DNA of 64,000 nucleotides from an uncultured Chloroflexia bacterium (GTDB taxonomy: Bacteria > Chloroflexota > Limnocylindria > Limnocylindrales > CSP1-4), in the NCBI GenBank assembly GCA_963748235.1, contig CAVVHT010000009.1, positions 1,336,225 through 1,400,224 of the forward strand. Reading direction: 5' to 3'. The translations under genes and the position numbers were made by a program. Every line of letters begins with the position of its first letter. Position 1 is the stretch's first letter. Below the pieces are notes generated by a model. That model made no database searches and was not told where the DNA came from. It saw only the letters and a program-made list of their open reading frames with translations. Shown here in pieces: positions 20,275 to 31,097 of the stretch.

Positions 20275-21087
20275 ATGACTGGTCGCTTGTCGTTGGTCCT
20301 GGCCCTCGTCGCTGTCGTGGCGTGCGGCGGACAAACCGTGGTCTCGCCCTCACCCTCCCAATCGGCGACGGCCTCTCCATCAGCCGCGCCGACCGACGAT
20401 TCGACGCAGACTCCGGCCGCGACCGCGACCCCGACTTCCGGCACACCGACCCCAACCGTTGCGCTGACACCCACTGCAACGGCGACGCCCACCTCCGCTG
20501 CCACGCCGACCCAAGCCGCCACGCAGACCTTGGCAGCGACGCCAACGTCCGACGCGTCTGACACGGGCGCGACTCCGCTCCCCGCCCCGGTTACGGCGCT
20601 CGAGCCCGGTCGTTACACCAAGGTTGCTTTCGAGCCGGCACTGTCGTTCGAGGTGAGCGACGACTGGACGGCCGCACAAGCCACCACCGGCTTCTTCGAC
20701 ATCCAGAACGAGCCGGGATCGCTCGACGTCGTCGCGGTCCAATTCGCCAACGTGTCGGCAGACTCGCCCGAGGCGCTCGCCGCAGCGATCCAGGCACGCG
20801 AAAACCTGTTCGTGAGCGAGCCCGAGACGGTCGAGGTCGACGGTCGAGTCGCCATCAGGCTCGTTGTCGAAACGACTGACCCGCCGGGCACGAATCCGCC
20901 GGTCTTCCGTCCGGTGCTCGACATCGCCGCCGGGCCGCTGTCGATTGCGTCGGCCAGGCGCCTGGTAGTGACGCTCGTTGACGTCGATGGCGACGTTCTG
21001 GCGATCCTCGTCGGTGGCTCGGTCGTCGACTGGGACCGCGCTCTGGAGATCGCCACGCCGGTTGTCGATTCGGTCGTCTTCGAATAG
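20275..21087 (+). CDS. Pro/Thr-rich lipoprotein, hypothetical
   Basis: Lipobox VVAC, long PT/SA linker, globular C-terminal domain. Confidence 0.75.
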   Translation: MTGRLSLVLALVAVVACGGQTVVSPSPSQSATASPSAAPTDDSTQTPAATATPTSGTPTPTVALTPTATATPTSAATPTQAATQTLAATPTSDASDTGATPLPAPVTALEPGRYTKVAFEPALSFEVSDDWTAAQATTGFFDIQNEPGSLDVVAVQFANVSADSPEALAAAIQARENLFVSEPETVEVDGRVAIRLVVETTDPPGTNPPVFRPVLDIAAGPLSIASARRLVVTLVDVDGDVLAILVGGSVVDWDRALEIATPVVDSVVFE

Positions 21088-21134
21088 GCCGCGCCCAAGC
21101 CCGATAATCGGCTCCGTTCAGAAGGGAGAGGTGC

Positions 21135-21924
21135 GTGGCGCAGCTTGATTTATTCCGCCTTGACGATCGCGTCGCGTTGATCGCCGGTGGCGGTGGCGCG
21201 ATCGGATCCGCGCTCGGCGCCGCCCTGGCTGGTGCGGGCGCGCGCGTCGCCCTGCTCGGCCCGACAGCTGAGCGGCTCGACCGCGCGGCCAAGTCCATCC
21301 GGAAGCAGGGCGGCGAGGCGATGACCGTCGGTCGCCGACGCTACCTCCGAGGAGGAGTGCGATCGCGCGGTGGCCGAGGTCGTTGCCCAATTCGGCCGCC
21401 TCGACATCGTCGTCAACGCCGTGGGTGGCGGCGCGGGCAAGGTGCTGTTCGACGCCGAGGCTTATCCGCGATGACTCGTGGGACTGGATCTTCGAGCTCA
21501 ACCTGCGCTCGACGGTCGTGCGCCACCCAGGCGGCGGTCAAGCCGATGATCGACGGGGGACGCGGCGGCAAGGTGCTCAACATCACCTCGGTCCGCGGCA
21601 CGCTGGGCATCAATGCCGGCTACTCGGCGTACGTTGCGGCGAAGGGTGCGATCAACTCATTGACTCGCCAGTGGGCGACCGAGTGGGCCAAGCACGGCAT
21701 CAACGTCAACGCCATCTCGCCGACGTTCGTCGACACACCGCAGGTCGCCAGCATGCTCGCCGACGAGAAATTCAAGGCCGGGCATCATCAATCGGATCCC
21801 GATGGGACGCGTTGGGACGACCGACGACCTGGTCGGTGCGGCGATCTTCCTGTGCTCCGACGCGTCGAACTTCATCACCGGCCAGATCCTCGGCATCGAC
21901 GGCGGCCTGACGGCGACTCAATGA
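21135..21924 (+). CDS. SDR family oxidoreductase, KduD/gluconate-5-DH-like (frameshifted)
   Basis: DLFRLDDRVALIAGGGGAIG, YSAYVAAKG (YxxxK), NVNAISP, FITGQILGIDGG. Confidence 0.85.
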
Positions 21925-21931
21925 GGCCGAC

Positions 21932-22852
21932 GTGATGGACGGCATCGAGAACGTCACCGCCAACGTCTTCACGCATACCGGGCTACGCGGCAGCAACCCG
22001 AGCTTCGTCGTCACGTCCGACGGCGTGGTCGCGATCGACACTCCCCAGCTGCCGTCGCGCGCTGTCGAGTGGCGCCGCGAGGCCGAGTCGCACGGCCCGA
22101 TTCGCTACCTGATCAACACCGAGCATCACGTCGATCACATCTTCGGCAACTACTACTTCAGGGGCTCGGGGCGACCGTCGTCAACCACCGCGAGCTGTGG
22201 GACCGATTCATGGTTCCGGGGCCCGAGATCGACCCGTTCGACTACGCCCATGAGGCGCTCCCCGCCGACGACCCCGACGGTGAGGCCATCTTTCCCGCCC
22301 GGGACGACGTACTACCGCGATCCGAACAAGGGCTCGATCGTGTTCACCGGCGACATCACTCTCGGCGTTGGCGGTCACACGTTCGAGCTGCTCCACACGC
22401 CCGGCCACACGCCAGGCCAGACGACAGTGCACGTTCCCGAGGAACGTGTCGCGTTCACCGGCGACACGCTCTTCTCCGGCTGCCAGACGTGGCTGATGAC
22501 GTCGGATGTCGATCAGTGGGTCGCGGCACTCGACCGGATCCGCGGCCTTGACGTCGACTTCCTGGTGCCCGGACACGGCCCAGTGGTCACGAAGCAATAC
22601 CTCGACGTGCAGCGCTCTCACCTGCTGTCCTGGAAGAGCGCCGTGGCAGACGCCGTGTCGAAGGGTTGGTCACGCGACGAGACGGTCGCGCGAGTCAGCT
22701 TCGCCGACGACTTCGGCCCGGTCGACATCGGCCAGGAGTACATGCTCGAGTACATCCAGACGTGGAACGCCGGTGCGCTGTGGGACCAGCTGACCGGCTC
22801 GCCTCCGGGCGGCGGCATGCCTCGGCCGCTTGACCCACGCGCCCCATCCTAG
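21932..22852 (+). CDS. MBL-fold metallo-hydrolase (frameshifted)
   Basis: NTEHHVDHIFGN (variant HxHxDH), TPGHT, FTGD, VPGHG. Confidence 0.85.
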   Translation: MMDGIENVTANVFTHTGLRGSNPSFVVTSDGVVAIDTPQLPSRAVEWRREAESHGPIRYLINTEHHVDHIFGNYYFRGSGRPSSTTASCGTDSWFRGPRSTRSTTPMRRSPPTTPTVRPSFPPGTTYYRDPNKGSIVFTGDITLGVGGHTFELLHTPGHTPGQTTVHVPEERVAFTGDTLFSGCQTWLMTSDVDQWVAALDRIRGLDVDFLVPGHGPVVTKQYLDVQRSHLLSWKSAVADAVSKGWSRDETVARVSFADDFGPVDIGQEYMLEYIQTWNAGALWDQLTGSPPGGGMPRPLDPRAPS

Positions 22853-24866
22853 GCTCGGCCGGCGGCGACCTCGTCGGCGCGGCTGCGGCCGGCGAGCAGG
22901 ATGAGCTCTTCGTGCAGCTCAAACCAGACCGAGTGGTAGCTATCGACGCGCGGTGACGCCACGTACCGGTGGTCGCCGGCGCTGACGGCCGACATGGCGC
23001 GGTCGAGCCGTCGTCGGTAGTCAGCGAACCGACTCGCCGACTCGGACTGGCTGTCCAGCCACTCCCCGACTTCCTCATGGATGGCGTCGAGGCCACTCAG
23101 CACCGAGGCGTCGTATGCAGCGTCCGAGTGGTCGTTGATCTGCTGCTCGCCCTCGACCTCGCGCATCTGCCAGGCGGTGACCGTTTCCTTGACGCGCCGG
23201 TCGAACTCGATGAACGAATCGAGCGCGGAGGCCGCGTTGGCCTCGCCCCATTCCTGCCGCTCACGATCAAGCGCCGCGCGTGCTTCCTCTTTGCCCGCGG
23301 CCGTCAGCCGATACGCGCCGGCCGCCTGCTCGGCCGCGCCGTTGCCGACGAGCTCGTCGAGCAGGCTCTGGGCGTGCTCAGACGGTCGTCGCAAGGATCT
23401 CGGCCGCGGCTTCGGGCGTGACGTAGCCCTTGACCAGCAACAGGCGGGTGAATTCGTGCCGTGGTCGCCTCGTCCGAAGCGCTGGGTGCGGCTCGTCGGC
23501 CTCGAGGCTGACCAGCTCGGCCGACCAGGCGCGCAGGATCTCGACCTCGGCCGGAACGTCAGATCCGCCACTCAGCGCGCCGAGCGAAGACCTCGCCCGT
23601 CGAGCCATCGATGGTGATGACCTCGCCTACCGCGAAACGTCGGCCGTCAAGCGCGAAGCCATCCGCCTCGACAGTGAGCGCGGTCGCGCCGACGACGGCG
23701 GGCACTCCCCAGCCACGGGCCACGACCGCGGCGTGACAGGCGAGGCCGCCGGTCGAGGTCAGGATGCCGGCCGCGCGTGCCATGCCGTGAACGTCGTCGG
23801 GCGACGTCTCGCGACGGACGAGGATCACGGCACGCCCGGCGTCGGCAGCCGCGACCGCGGCGTCGGGCGATGTGACCACTTCGCCGCTGGCCACGCCCGG
23901 GGAAGCGCCGAGACCGGTGGTCAGCGGCTCGCCGGCGTCGCGCGGCGCATCGGCGACGCGCGGCGGATCGGCCAGGATCGTCGCGACGCGTGCCACGGCC
24001 TCCTCGCGTGACAGCGGGAAGTCGGGATCCTCGGCCATCTCGACGGCCATTCGCAGCGCAGCCTGCGGGCTGCGTTTGCCGACGCGGCACTGGAGCATCC
24101 ACAGCCGGCCGTCCTCGATCGTGAACTCGATGTCCGCCGCGTCGCGCAGGTGGCGCTCGATCTTGTCCGAGTGGGCGGCGAGCTCGGCGGCCACGTCCGG
24201 CAGCCGGTCACGCAGAACGCCAATTGGCTCCGCGTCACGCGTTCCCGACACGACCTCTTCGCCCTGCGCGTTGAACAGCACGTCGCCGTACAGCTCCTTG
24301 CGCCGGTCGCCGGGTTGCGCGTGAACAGGACGCCGGTCGCGGAGCGGTCGTTGCGGTTGCCGAAGACCATCGCCTGGACCGTGGCCGCCGTGCCCAGGTC
24401 GTCGGCAATGCCCTCCTTCTCCCGGTACGCGATGGCGCGCGGCGAGTGCCACGACCGAAAGACCGATTCGATCGCCGCGCGCAGCTCGGCCCACGGATCG
24501 CTGCCCGACCCGACGTTGAGCAGCGTGTCCATCATCCCGGGCATCGACACGGGCGCTCCGGAACGGACGCTCACCAGAAGTGGATCTATCGGGATCACCG
24601 AAACGCCGCCCGACCTTCTCCTCCAGTCGTGCCATGTGCGCCCGAATCTCGTCGTCCAGGCCGTCCGGCCAGCCATGCGCCAGGTAGTCGCGACACACGG
24701 CCGTCGTCAGCGTGAAGGCCGGCGGCACCGGCAACTCCAGATCGACAGCCATGACCGTCAGGCCGGCCGCCTTGCCTCCGACCAGCGCCGGCAGCTCGGA
24801 GCGCGGAATGTCGGGCGGTAGGTCGTAATCGACTATCCGTGCCATGGCCGCCACCGTTTCATTCAT
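22849..24866 (-). CDS. Truncated PPDK (ATP-grasp plus His swivel domain) fused to an Rv1126c-like wHTH/helical domain (frameshifted)
   Basis: GGKA, VSVRSGAPVSMPGMMDT, VQAMVFGN, AQGEEVVSG, DIEFTIE, GGLACHAAVVARGWG; no pyruvate TIM barrel; C-terminal DSYHSVWFELHEELI. Confidence 0.75.
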
Positions 24867-25026
24867 CGATCGATCCTATTCGCGGCGTTCGGGAGGCCTC
24901 ATCGTCGCTCGGCTGGCTCGGCGTTGCGGTCCTGCGTAGTTTTCGGAGGATGAACGCATCGATGACGATGATGCCGCCACCGGCGATGGCGAATAGGACG
25001 AGGATTACGAGGATGCCGTCGTTCAT
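24859..25026 (-). CDS. Small single-TM membrane protein
   Basis: MNDGILVILVLFAIAGGGIIVIDAFILRKLRR; stop overlaps PPDK-like start. Confidence 0.55.
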   Translation of the reverse strand: MNDGILVILVLFAIAGGGIIVIDAFILRKLRRTATPSQPSDDEASRTPRIGSIDE

Positions 25027-25068
25027 GCCGACGCCCATGATGCCCGCTGCCGCCAATGGGTGACGCCG

Positions 25069-25958
25069 ATGGGTGACTACCACGTCCACATCCACCCCCA
25101 TCGCGACACGCCGGGTGCTCCGCCGCCGGGCGAGTTCCCGGCCGACTACATCGACCGCTTCGTCGAGGTCGCCCTGTCGCGCGGCGCGACCGAGGTCGGG
25201 TTTCGTCGAGCACCTCTACCGCTGCGTGGAGTCGGTGCCGGTCCTCGGCCAGTGGTGGAAGAAGGACCCCAACCCGCATCTCGTCGCCGAGATGGACGAG
25301 ATCATGGCCCGCGAGCTGGACATGTCGCTCGACCGATACGTCGAGGCGATCCTGGCCGCCAAGGCGCGCGGCCTGCCGGTCAAGCTTGGCCTGGAGGTCG
25401 ACTTCGAGCCGGGCACCGAACAGCGCGTCATGGAGCTCATCGCGCCCTACCCGTGGGACTACCTCGTCGGCTCGGTGCACTGGATCGGCGCGTGGTGGTT
25501 CCTGCGCCCGTCCGCGCCGGCCGAGTACGAGCGGCGCGGCGTGCGACGGGCGTTCGAGGAGTACTTCGAGCTGATGACCGAACTGGCTCGCTGACACGGG
25601 ATGGTCGACGTGCTCGGCCACGCCGACGTGATCAAGGTCCATGGCTTCGTCCCCGATTGGATCGCTGAGGTACCTGTACGAGCCGCTGGTCGAGGCGACG
25701 GCAGCTTCGCAGATGGGTGTCGAGGTCTCCAGCCAGGGCCTGTTGCGCACGATCGGCGAGATCTACCCGGCGCCCGAGCTGTTGAAGATGTTCCACTCGG
25801 CGGGCGTGCCGATCATGCTCGCCAGCGACGCCCACGTCCCCGACGAATCGGCCTTCGGCTACTCGGAGATCATCGCCGAGGCGCGCCGGGCCGGGTACAC
25901 CGACTACCTCCGCTTCGACTCACGTCAAAGGCTGGTGACGCCGCTACCGGTTCTCTGA
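25069..25958 (+). CDS. PHP-family histidinol-phosphatase (HisJ/HisK-like; frameshifted)
   Basis: DYHVH, EH, LGLEVDF, DYLVGSVH, LGHADVIK, EIYP, LASDAH. Confidence 0.82.
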
Positions 25959-26846
25959 CGCGAGCCAGCGGCGGGCGGCCGTGAGCGTTCGCATGCGGCG
26001 GCCGAGATCGGCCCACGGGTCTGCGCCGGCCTCGAGGCGTTCCATGACGGTGCGCACAGTCCAGCCGTCGGGCTCGGCGGTGTCGAGCTCTTCCCAGTCG
26101 AGCGGCACGGCGACCGGCGCGCCGGGCTTGGGACGGACGGCGAAGGGCGGCACGGCCGTTTGGGCCCACGCGTTGCGGTTGCAGTCGAGGAAGAGTCGAC
26201 CGGCACGCTCGGCCTTGTAGAACTCGGTCGTCAGCCGATCCGGCGCACGGCGGGCAAGTGCCTCGGCAAGGCCGAAGCAGACTTCGCGGACCTCCTCGAA
26301 TCCCTCGTTCGGCCGCAGGGGCACGACGACGTGGTAGCCGCGCGAGCCGGTGGCCATCAGGTACGGAACAAGACCAGCCTCGGTCAGCAACTCGCGCGCG
26401 AGCCGCGCCGCGAAACGCGCGTCGGCGACGCCACCATCGCCCGGATCGAGGTCGATGATCATCCGGTCTGGCTTGTCGAGCGCGGCTACGCGGCTGAGCC
26501 AGACGTGGGGCGTGATGCAGCCCTGGTTGGCGATGTAGACGAGGGTCTCCGCGTTGTCGCACACGACGTGGGTGACGGTTCCGCCAACCTTGGGCACAGT
26601 TACCCGGTTGATCCAATCGGGAAAATGCGAGGGCATGTCCTTCTGGTAGAAGACCTGGGTGTCGATGTTCTCGCGGACACGCTGCATGCTCACCGGCCGG
26701 TCCTTGACATGGGGCACCATCCACGGCGCGACTCGGCGGTAGTAGTCGACGATGTCGCCCTTGGTGATGCCGTCACTCGGGAACATCACCCGGTCGGCGT
26801 TGCTGACGGCGATCGTGCGCCTGCCGGCACGAATGGCATCAGGCAT
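25944..26846 (-). CDS. Stand-alone LigD polymerase-domain (AEP primase-polymerase) protein
   Basis: SNADRVMFP..TKGD, FYQKD, IIDLDP, TGSRGYH, RLFLDCNRN, APVAVPLDWEEL; no ligase domain. Confidence 0.9.
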   Translation of the reverse strand: MPDAIRAGRRTIAVSNADRVMFPSDGITKGDIVDYYRRVAPWMVPHVKDRPVSMQRVRENIDTQVFYQKDMPSHFPDWINRVTVPKVGGTVTHVVCDNAETLVYIANQGCITPHVWLSRVAALDKPDRMIIDLDPGDGGVADARFAARLARELLTEAGLVPYLMATGSRGYHVVVPLRPNEGFEEVREVCFGLAEALARRAPDRLTTEFYKAERAGRLFLDCNRNAWAQTAVPPFAVRPKPGAPVAVPLDWEELDTAEPDGWTVRTVMERLEAGADPWADLGRRMRTLTAARRWLASENR

Positions 26847-26967
26847 GCGTCGCCTCTGAAGTACGACGAATTCCGTATTGAACCTCGCCAATCACGTCAA
26901 TACTCTGCCGCGTATTGCGCGGTACGTCACCCCGCCATCCAATTCATGCGGGGGACGAGGGAGTGCA

Positions 26968-27548
26968 ATGCACAGGTTGGTTCGTCATGTATTCGTGGTC
27001 GCCGCGCTCGTCGGGGCGCTAGCGGCCGCCAGTCCGATGATGGGCTGGACGGAGGTGGACAAGACCGGGACCACCGGTCCTCATTCGCTCACCGATACGA
27101 ACACGAACCCCGGCGCAACTTGCGTCTACGACTACGTCAGCGGCTGGGATATGTGGGAACTCGAGCACATATACGTTAATCCGCCCAAGATCAAGGCCGT
27201 CGCCGGCAACAACAACCAGAAGGTCGCCTGACATTCACAGTCCAGCGCCGCGCCTGGAGCATCTTCGAAGACGATCCGAGCCCGTGGTCGAATCGCTACA
27301 CGAGCGCGAAGCAATTCGCCTTCACGGATGCGACCCACAATGCCTCGTTCACCCAGCGGGGGGTCGCGGTGAACGTGCCCATCGAGCCCGGCGGCGACGC
27401 CGCATTCCAGTACCGCGCCCTGGTGAAGGCGTTCTGGTACCGGGCCAATGGCACTGTCCAGGGCACTTCGACAATGCGCATCCAGAAGTACAACCAGTAC
27501 CAGGAGCTGGACACGCTCAAGGGCGGCAGCTGCTTCGACTACATGTAA
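26968..27548 (+). CDS. Secreted hypothetical protein (one apparent indel near 27229)
   Basis: GAGGGAG RBS, signal peptide; reading continues (W)TFTVQRRAW..YRALVKAFWYRANG..CFDYM-stop after restoring one G. Confidence 0.65.
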
Positions 27549-27564
27549 GACCAGCGATCAATCG

Positions 27565-29736
27565 CTAGTCCGTGGCGCGTCCTCCGTCCTGGAGGGCGCG
27601 CCACACTCGTTCTGGGGACAGTGGCAGGTCCCTGATCGCGACTCCGGTGGCGTCGCGGACGGCTGCGGCAACTGCGGAGGAGACGGCCAGCACCGCCCCC
27701 TCGCTCATTCCCTTGGCGCCGTACGGCCCAGGACCGTCCTCGTTCTCGATCGTGTCGCTGAGCATCTCCTCGGGCAGGTCCATCGACGTCGGGATGCGGT
27801 AGTCGATCGCGCCAAGGTTGCGAATCCGGCCGTCTTCGTCCCAGATGTACTGCTCCATCAACGTGTGGCCGAGGCCCATGATCGCCGCACCCTCGTCCTG
27901 CATCTGGACCTGGAGCTTGTTGAGCGACTTACCGACATCCGAGACGGCCACGTGGCGATGGATCGTGATATCGCCGGTCTCTTCGTCGACGGACAGCTCG
28001 ACGGCCGTGGCGTTGAACTCGAAGAACGCCGCCGAGCCGCCGAGCGGGTGGTCGGGATCAGCCTCTTTGCGCGCCTCGCCCAGGCCAACGATCTCGCCAC
28101 CCAGCCGACCCAACGCCTCGCGCACGCCCTGTGCCGAATCCACTCCCCGCTCAGCCAGCTTGGCCTTGACGTCCTGCGCAGCGCGGAGCACGGCGTTGCC
28201 CATCAGGACGGTTGAGCGCGACGCGGACGTCTGTTGGTCGTAGGGCACGACCGCCGTGTCGCCCATGACCACCGAAACGCGCTCGATCGGCAGGCCGAGC
28301 TCGTTGGCGCAGATCTGGGCGAAGATCGTTCGCGCGCCCTGGCCGATGTCCTGCGTGCCCGCGTAGACGACCGCGCTCCCGTCGGCGAGCAGTCGGACCA
28401 TCGAATACGACAGGCCTGTCGTCGGACCCGACTTGATGCCGAGCGCGATCCCGCGGCCTCGACCCGCGGCCTTGGGTTCGTTCCAGCCGATCAGCTCGAC
28501 CGCCCGATTGACGCTGTCCGCCCAGTCGCCGTCCGCCGGCGTGTCGAACGGGATGAACGGATCGTCGCGTTTGGCGAGGTTGCGCATTCGGATGTCGACC
28601 TGGTCTAGCCCGAGCTCGATCGCCGCCTCGGTGATGTTCGATTCGACCGCCCAGTTGATCTGCGGATTTCCGAAGCCGCGCATCGCCGTCGAGGGCACCG
28701 TGTGCGACAGCACGCTGCGCGCGTTGATCCGCGCCGCCGGCCAGTTGTACGGGCCGTTGCCGATGTAGCTGCCCTTGCCAACGACACGATCGGCGATGTC
28801 GGCGTAGGCGCCGATCAGGTAGTTCGCGTCGATGTCCTGGAAGACGAACGTGCCGTCGCGCGCTACGCCGGTGCGCACACGGATCTCGGTCGACGTGCGG
28901 CGGGCGGCCAGGAACGACTCCTCGAGACTGAGCACGAGGCGCACCGGCCGCCGCAGCTGGAGTGCCATGAATGCCAGCAGCGGCTCGTACTTGGCGTGCT
29001 GCTTGCCGCCGAACGCGCCGCCGGGGTCGGGAGCGATGATCCGAACCTTCGCCAACGGCAGGCCGACGACCTTGGCGATGATCCGCTGCAGCCAGTACGG
29101 GTGCTGAATCGAGCTCCAAATCGTGACGCCGTCGCCGTCGGGCGCGGCCATGAAGGCATGCGGCTCGATCGCGAACTGGGTGACCATCGGAAATCGGTAT
29201 GTGTGCTCGACGACCAGATCGGCCGACTGGCCACCCATGTCTCCCCACTCGATGACGTGCTCGCGCAGCACGTTGGTGTTGGCCAGCGGATCGCCGGGGC
29301 GGAGCGGCGCGTCCTGGACGAGCGGCGCATCGTGGGCGAGCGCGGCATCGATGGTCGTGATTGCGGGCAGCTCCTCGAAGTCGACCACTACACGTGCAGC
29401 GCCTTCCTCGGCCGCGTCCTTGTTCTCGGCCGCAACGGCCGCGAGCGGGTCTCCGTGGTACTTGACCTCGTCGACCGCGATCACCGGCCGATCGTCGAAC
29501 TGCGGCCCGAATCTGGGCATGGGCTGGGGCAGGTCCGCGGCGCTGAAGACGGCCACCACGCCCGGAAGCGCGAGCGCTCGAGTCGGATCGACGGCCAGGA
29601 TCCGGGCATGTGCTACGGGCAGCGTCACGAGCTTGACGTGCAGCTCATTGGGCAGGTGAATGTCGGCGACGTATTGCTGCTCACCGTTGACGCGGCCGCG
29701 GCCGCCGACGCGCGGCGCGGGATCGCCGATCGTCAC
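27565..29736 (-). CDS. Xanthine dehydrogenase-family molybdopterin-binding (large) subunit
   Basis: GGAFGGK, AMRGFG, DIGQG, SASRST, GPYGAKGMSEG. Confidence 0.92.
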   Translation of the reverse strand: MTIGDPAPRVGGRGRVNGEQQYVADIHLPNELHVKLVTLPVAHARILAVDPTRALALPGVVAVFSAADLPQPMPRFGPQFDDRPVIAVDEVKYHGDPLAAVAAENKDAAEEGAARVVVDFEELPAITTIDAALAHDAPLVQDAPLRPGDPLANTNVLREHVIEWGDMGGQSADLVVEHTYRFPMVTQFAIEPHAFMAAPDGDGVTIWSSIQHPYWLQRIIAKVVGLPLAKVRIIAPDPGGAFGGKQHAKYEPLLAFMALQLRRPVRLVLSLEESFLAARRTSTEIRVRTGVARDGTFVFQDIDANYLIGAYADIADRVVGKGSYIGNGPYNWPAARINARSVLSHTVPSTAMRGFGNPQINWAVESNITEAAIELGLDQVDIRMRNLAKRDDPFIPFDTPADGDWADSVNRAVELIGWNEPKAAGRGRGIALGIKSGPTTGLSYSMVRLLADGSAVVYAGTQDIGQGARTIFAQICANELGLPIERVSVVMGDTAVVPYDQQTSASRSTVLMGNAVLRAAQDVKAKLAERGVDSAQGVREALGRLGGEIVGLGEARKEADPDHPLGGSAAFFEFNATAVELSVDEETGDITIHRHVAVSDVGKSLNKLQVQMQDEGAAIMGLGHTLMEQYIWDEDGRIRNLGAIDYRIPTSMDLPEEMLSDTIENEDGPGPYGAKGMSEGAVLAVSSAVAAAVRDATGVAIRDLPLSPERVWRALQDGGRATD

Positions 29737-30260
29737 TGGTCGACCGGCGGTTGCGGGATGGGCGTCGGCTCAGTCCGCGCCGCGGCGGCAACCACGTTTT
29801 GCTCACCCGCGGCCACGGCCTCGACCGCGTCGATGATCTGGTAGTAGCAGCCGCAGCGGCAGAGGTTGCCCGCCAGGCCCTCCTCGATCTCGGCGCGCGT
29901 CGGCTTCGCGACCTGGCGCAAGAGATCGTCCGCCGCCATCAGCTGGCCCGGGATGCAGAAGCCGCACTGGACGGCGCCGTGCGTCAGGAATGCCTGCTGC
30001 AGCGGATTGAGCGCACCCTCGTCGGCCAGGCCTTCGACGGTCGTGACTTCGCCGCCGTCAGCCTCGACCGCAAGGACCAGGCACGAGTCGACGATCGCGC
30101 CGTTCAACCGAACCGTGCACGCGCCGCACTCCCCGACGAGGCAGCACTCCTTGGTACCGGTCAGGCCGATGTCGTCGCGCAGCACCTCGAGCAGCGTGTG
30201 ATGTGGCGCGACCGAGACCTCGCGCCGCTGGCCGTTGAGCGAGAGCTTGATGTTAATCAT
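29733..30260 (-). CDS. (2Fe-2S)-binding small subunit (CoxS-like)
   Basis: TGTKECCLVGECGAC, QCGFCIPG, GNLCRCG. Confidence 0.93.
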   Translation of the reverse strand: MINIKLSLNGQRREVSVAPHHTLLEVLRDDIGLTGTKECCLVGECGACTVRLNGAIVDSCLVLAVEADGGEVTTVEGLADEGALNPLQQAFLTHGAVQCGFCIPGQLMAADDLLRQVAKPTRAEIEEGLAGNLCRCGCYYQIIDAVEAVAAGEQNVVAAAARTEPTPIPQPPVDQ

Positions 30261-31079
30261 GCAGCCGCCAGCCGCCCGCGGGCCGAGGCAAGGGCGCGAC
30301 CGGCGAGGACGCGCAGCATCGCCAGCCGGTAGTCGGGCGCGGCTCGCATCGATGTCGCCGACGGCGCGGCGTGGGCGAACCACGACTCGAGCTCGGTCTC
30401 GGACCCTTCGAACAGGAGTGGCCGCGGACCAAGGCTGCCGTACGAGAAGCGCAACGTGCCGTCGCCACGCAGCGCCACGGCCAGCGTCACCGAAGCGAGG
30501 TCGTGCCCGCGCCGCCGCGTCCGTCGCTGAAACGCCGAGCCAACCCGCTCATCTGCGAGCGGCAGCTCGATGGCGATGACCAGCTCGCCGCGGTGCAGCG
30601 CCGTGACGCCCGAGCGGACGAAGAAGTCGTCCAACGGGATCCGCCGCTCCCCGTCCGGCCCAACCACGACCAGGCGCGCGTCGTAAACCAGCAGCGGCGG
30701 CGCGGTGTCTGCCGCAGGCGAGGCGTTGCACATGTTGCCGGCCAGCGTGGCCCGGTTTCGGATCTGGACCGAGCCGACGTATCGGGCGGCCTCGGCGAGC
30801 GCCGGAAACGTCGAGCGCACCCGTGCGTTGCCCAGAACCTCGGTCATCGACGTCCCGGCGCTGATGCGCAGCATGCCGTCCGCCTCGGTGATGCTCGGTT
30901 CGAGCTCGGGAATGCGCTTGACGTCGACAACGCGCGTCGGTCGATAAGTGCCGTCACGCAGGCGGATGATCAGGTCGGTTCCCCCGGCCAGGACGCGCGA
31001 GCTCACCCTCGTCGCCCTGGCTCAGGAGGGAGATTGCCTCATCGAGCGAGGTCGGTCGGTCGTAGATGAATGGACGCAC
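30257..31079 (-). CDS. FAD-binding medium subunit (CoxM-like; indel near 31005)
   Basis: MRPFIYDRPTSLDEA.., LAGGTDL, QIRNRATLAGN, ASPAAD. Confidence 0.9.
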
Positions 31080-31097
31080 GCGGCCGGCCGTCAGGCC

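Noticed and set aside
27229-27231. TGA as selenocysteine or recoded Trp in the secreted protein
   Set aside because: The downstream coding frame is shifted by one base, consistent with a lost G in TGG, not in-frame read-through
27565-31079. Aerobic CO dehydrogenase (coxMSL) or 4-hydroxybenzoyl-CoA reductase
   Set aside because: Large subunit has AMRGFG rather than the form I AYXCSFR motif; the FAD subunit lacks the Cys-rich 4Fe-4S insert of HcrB
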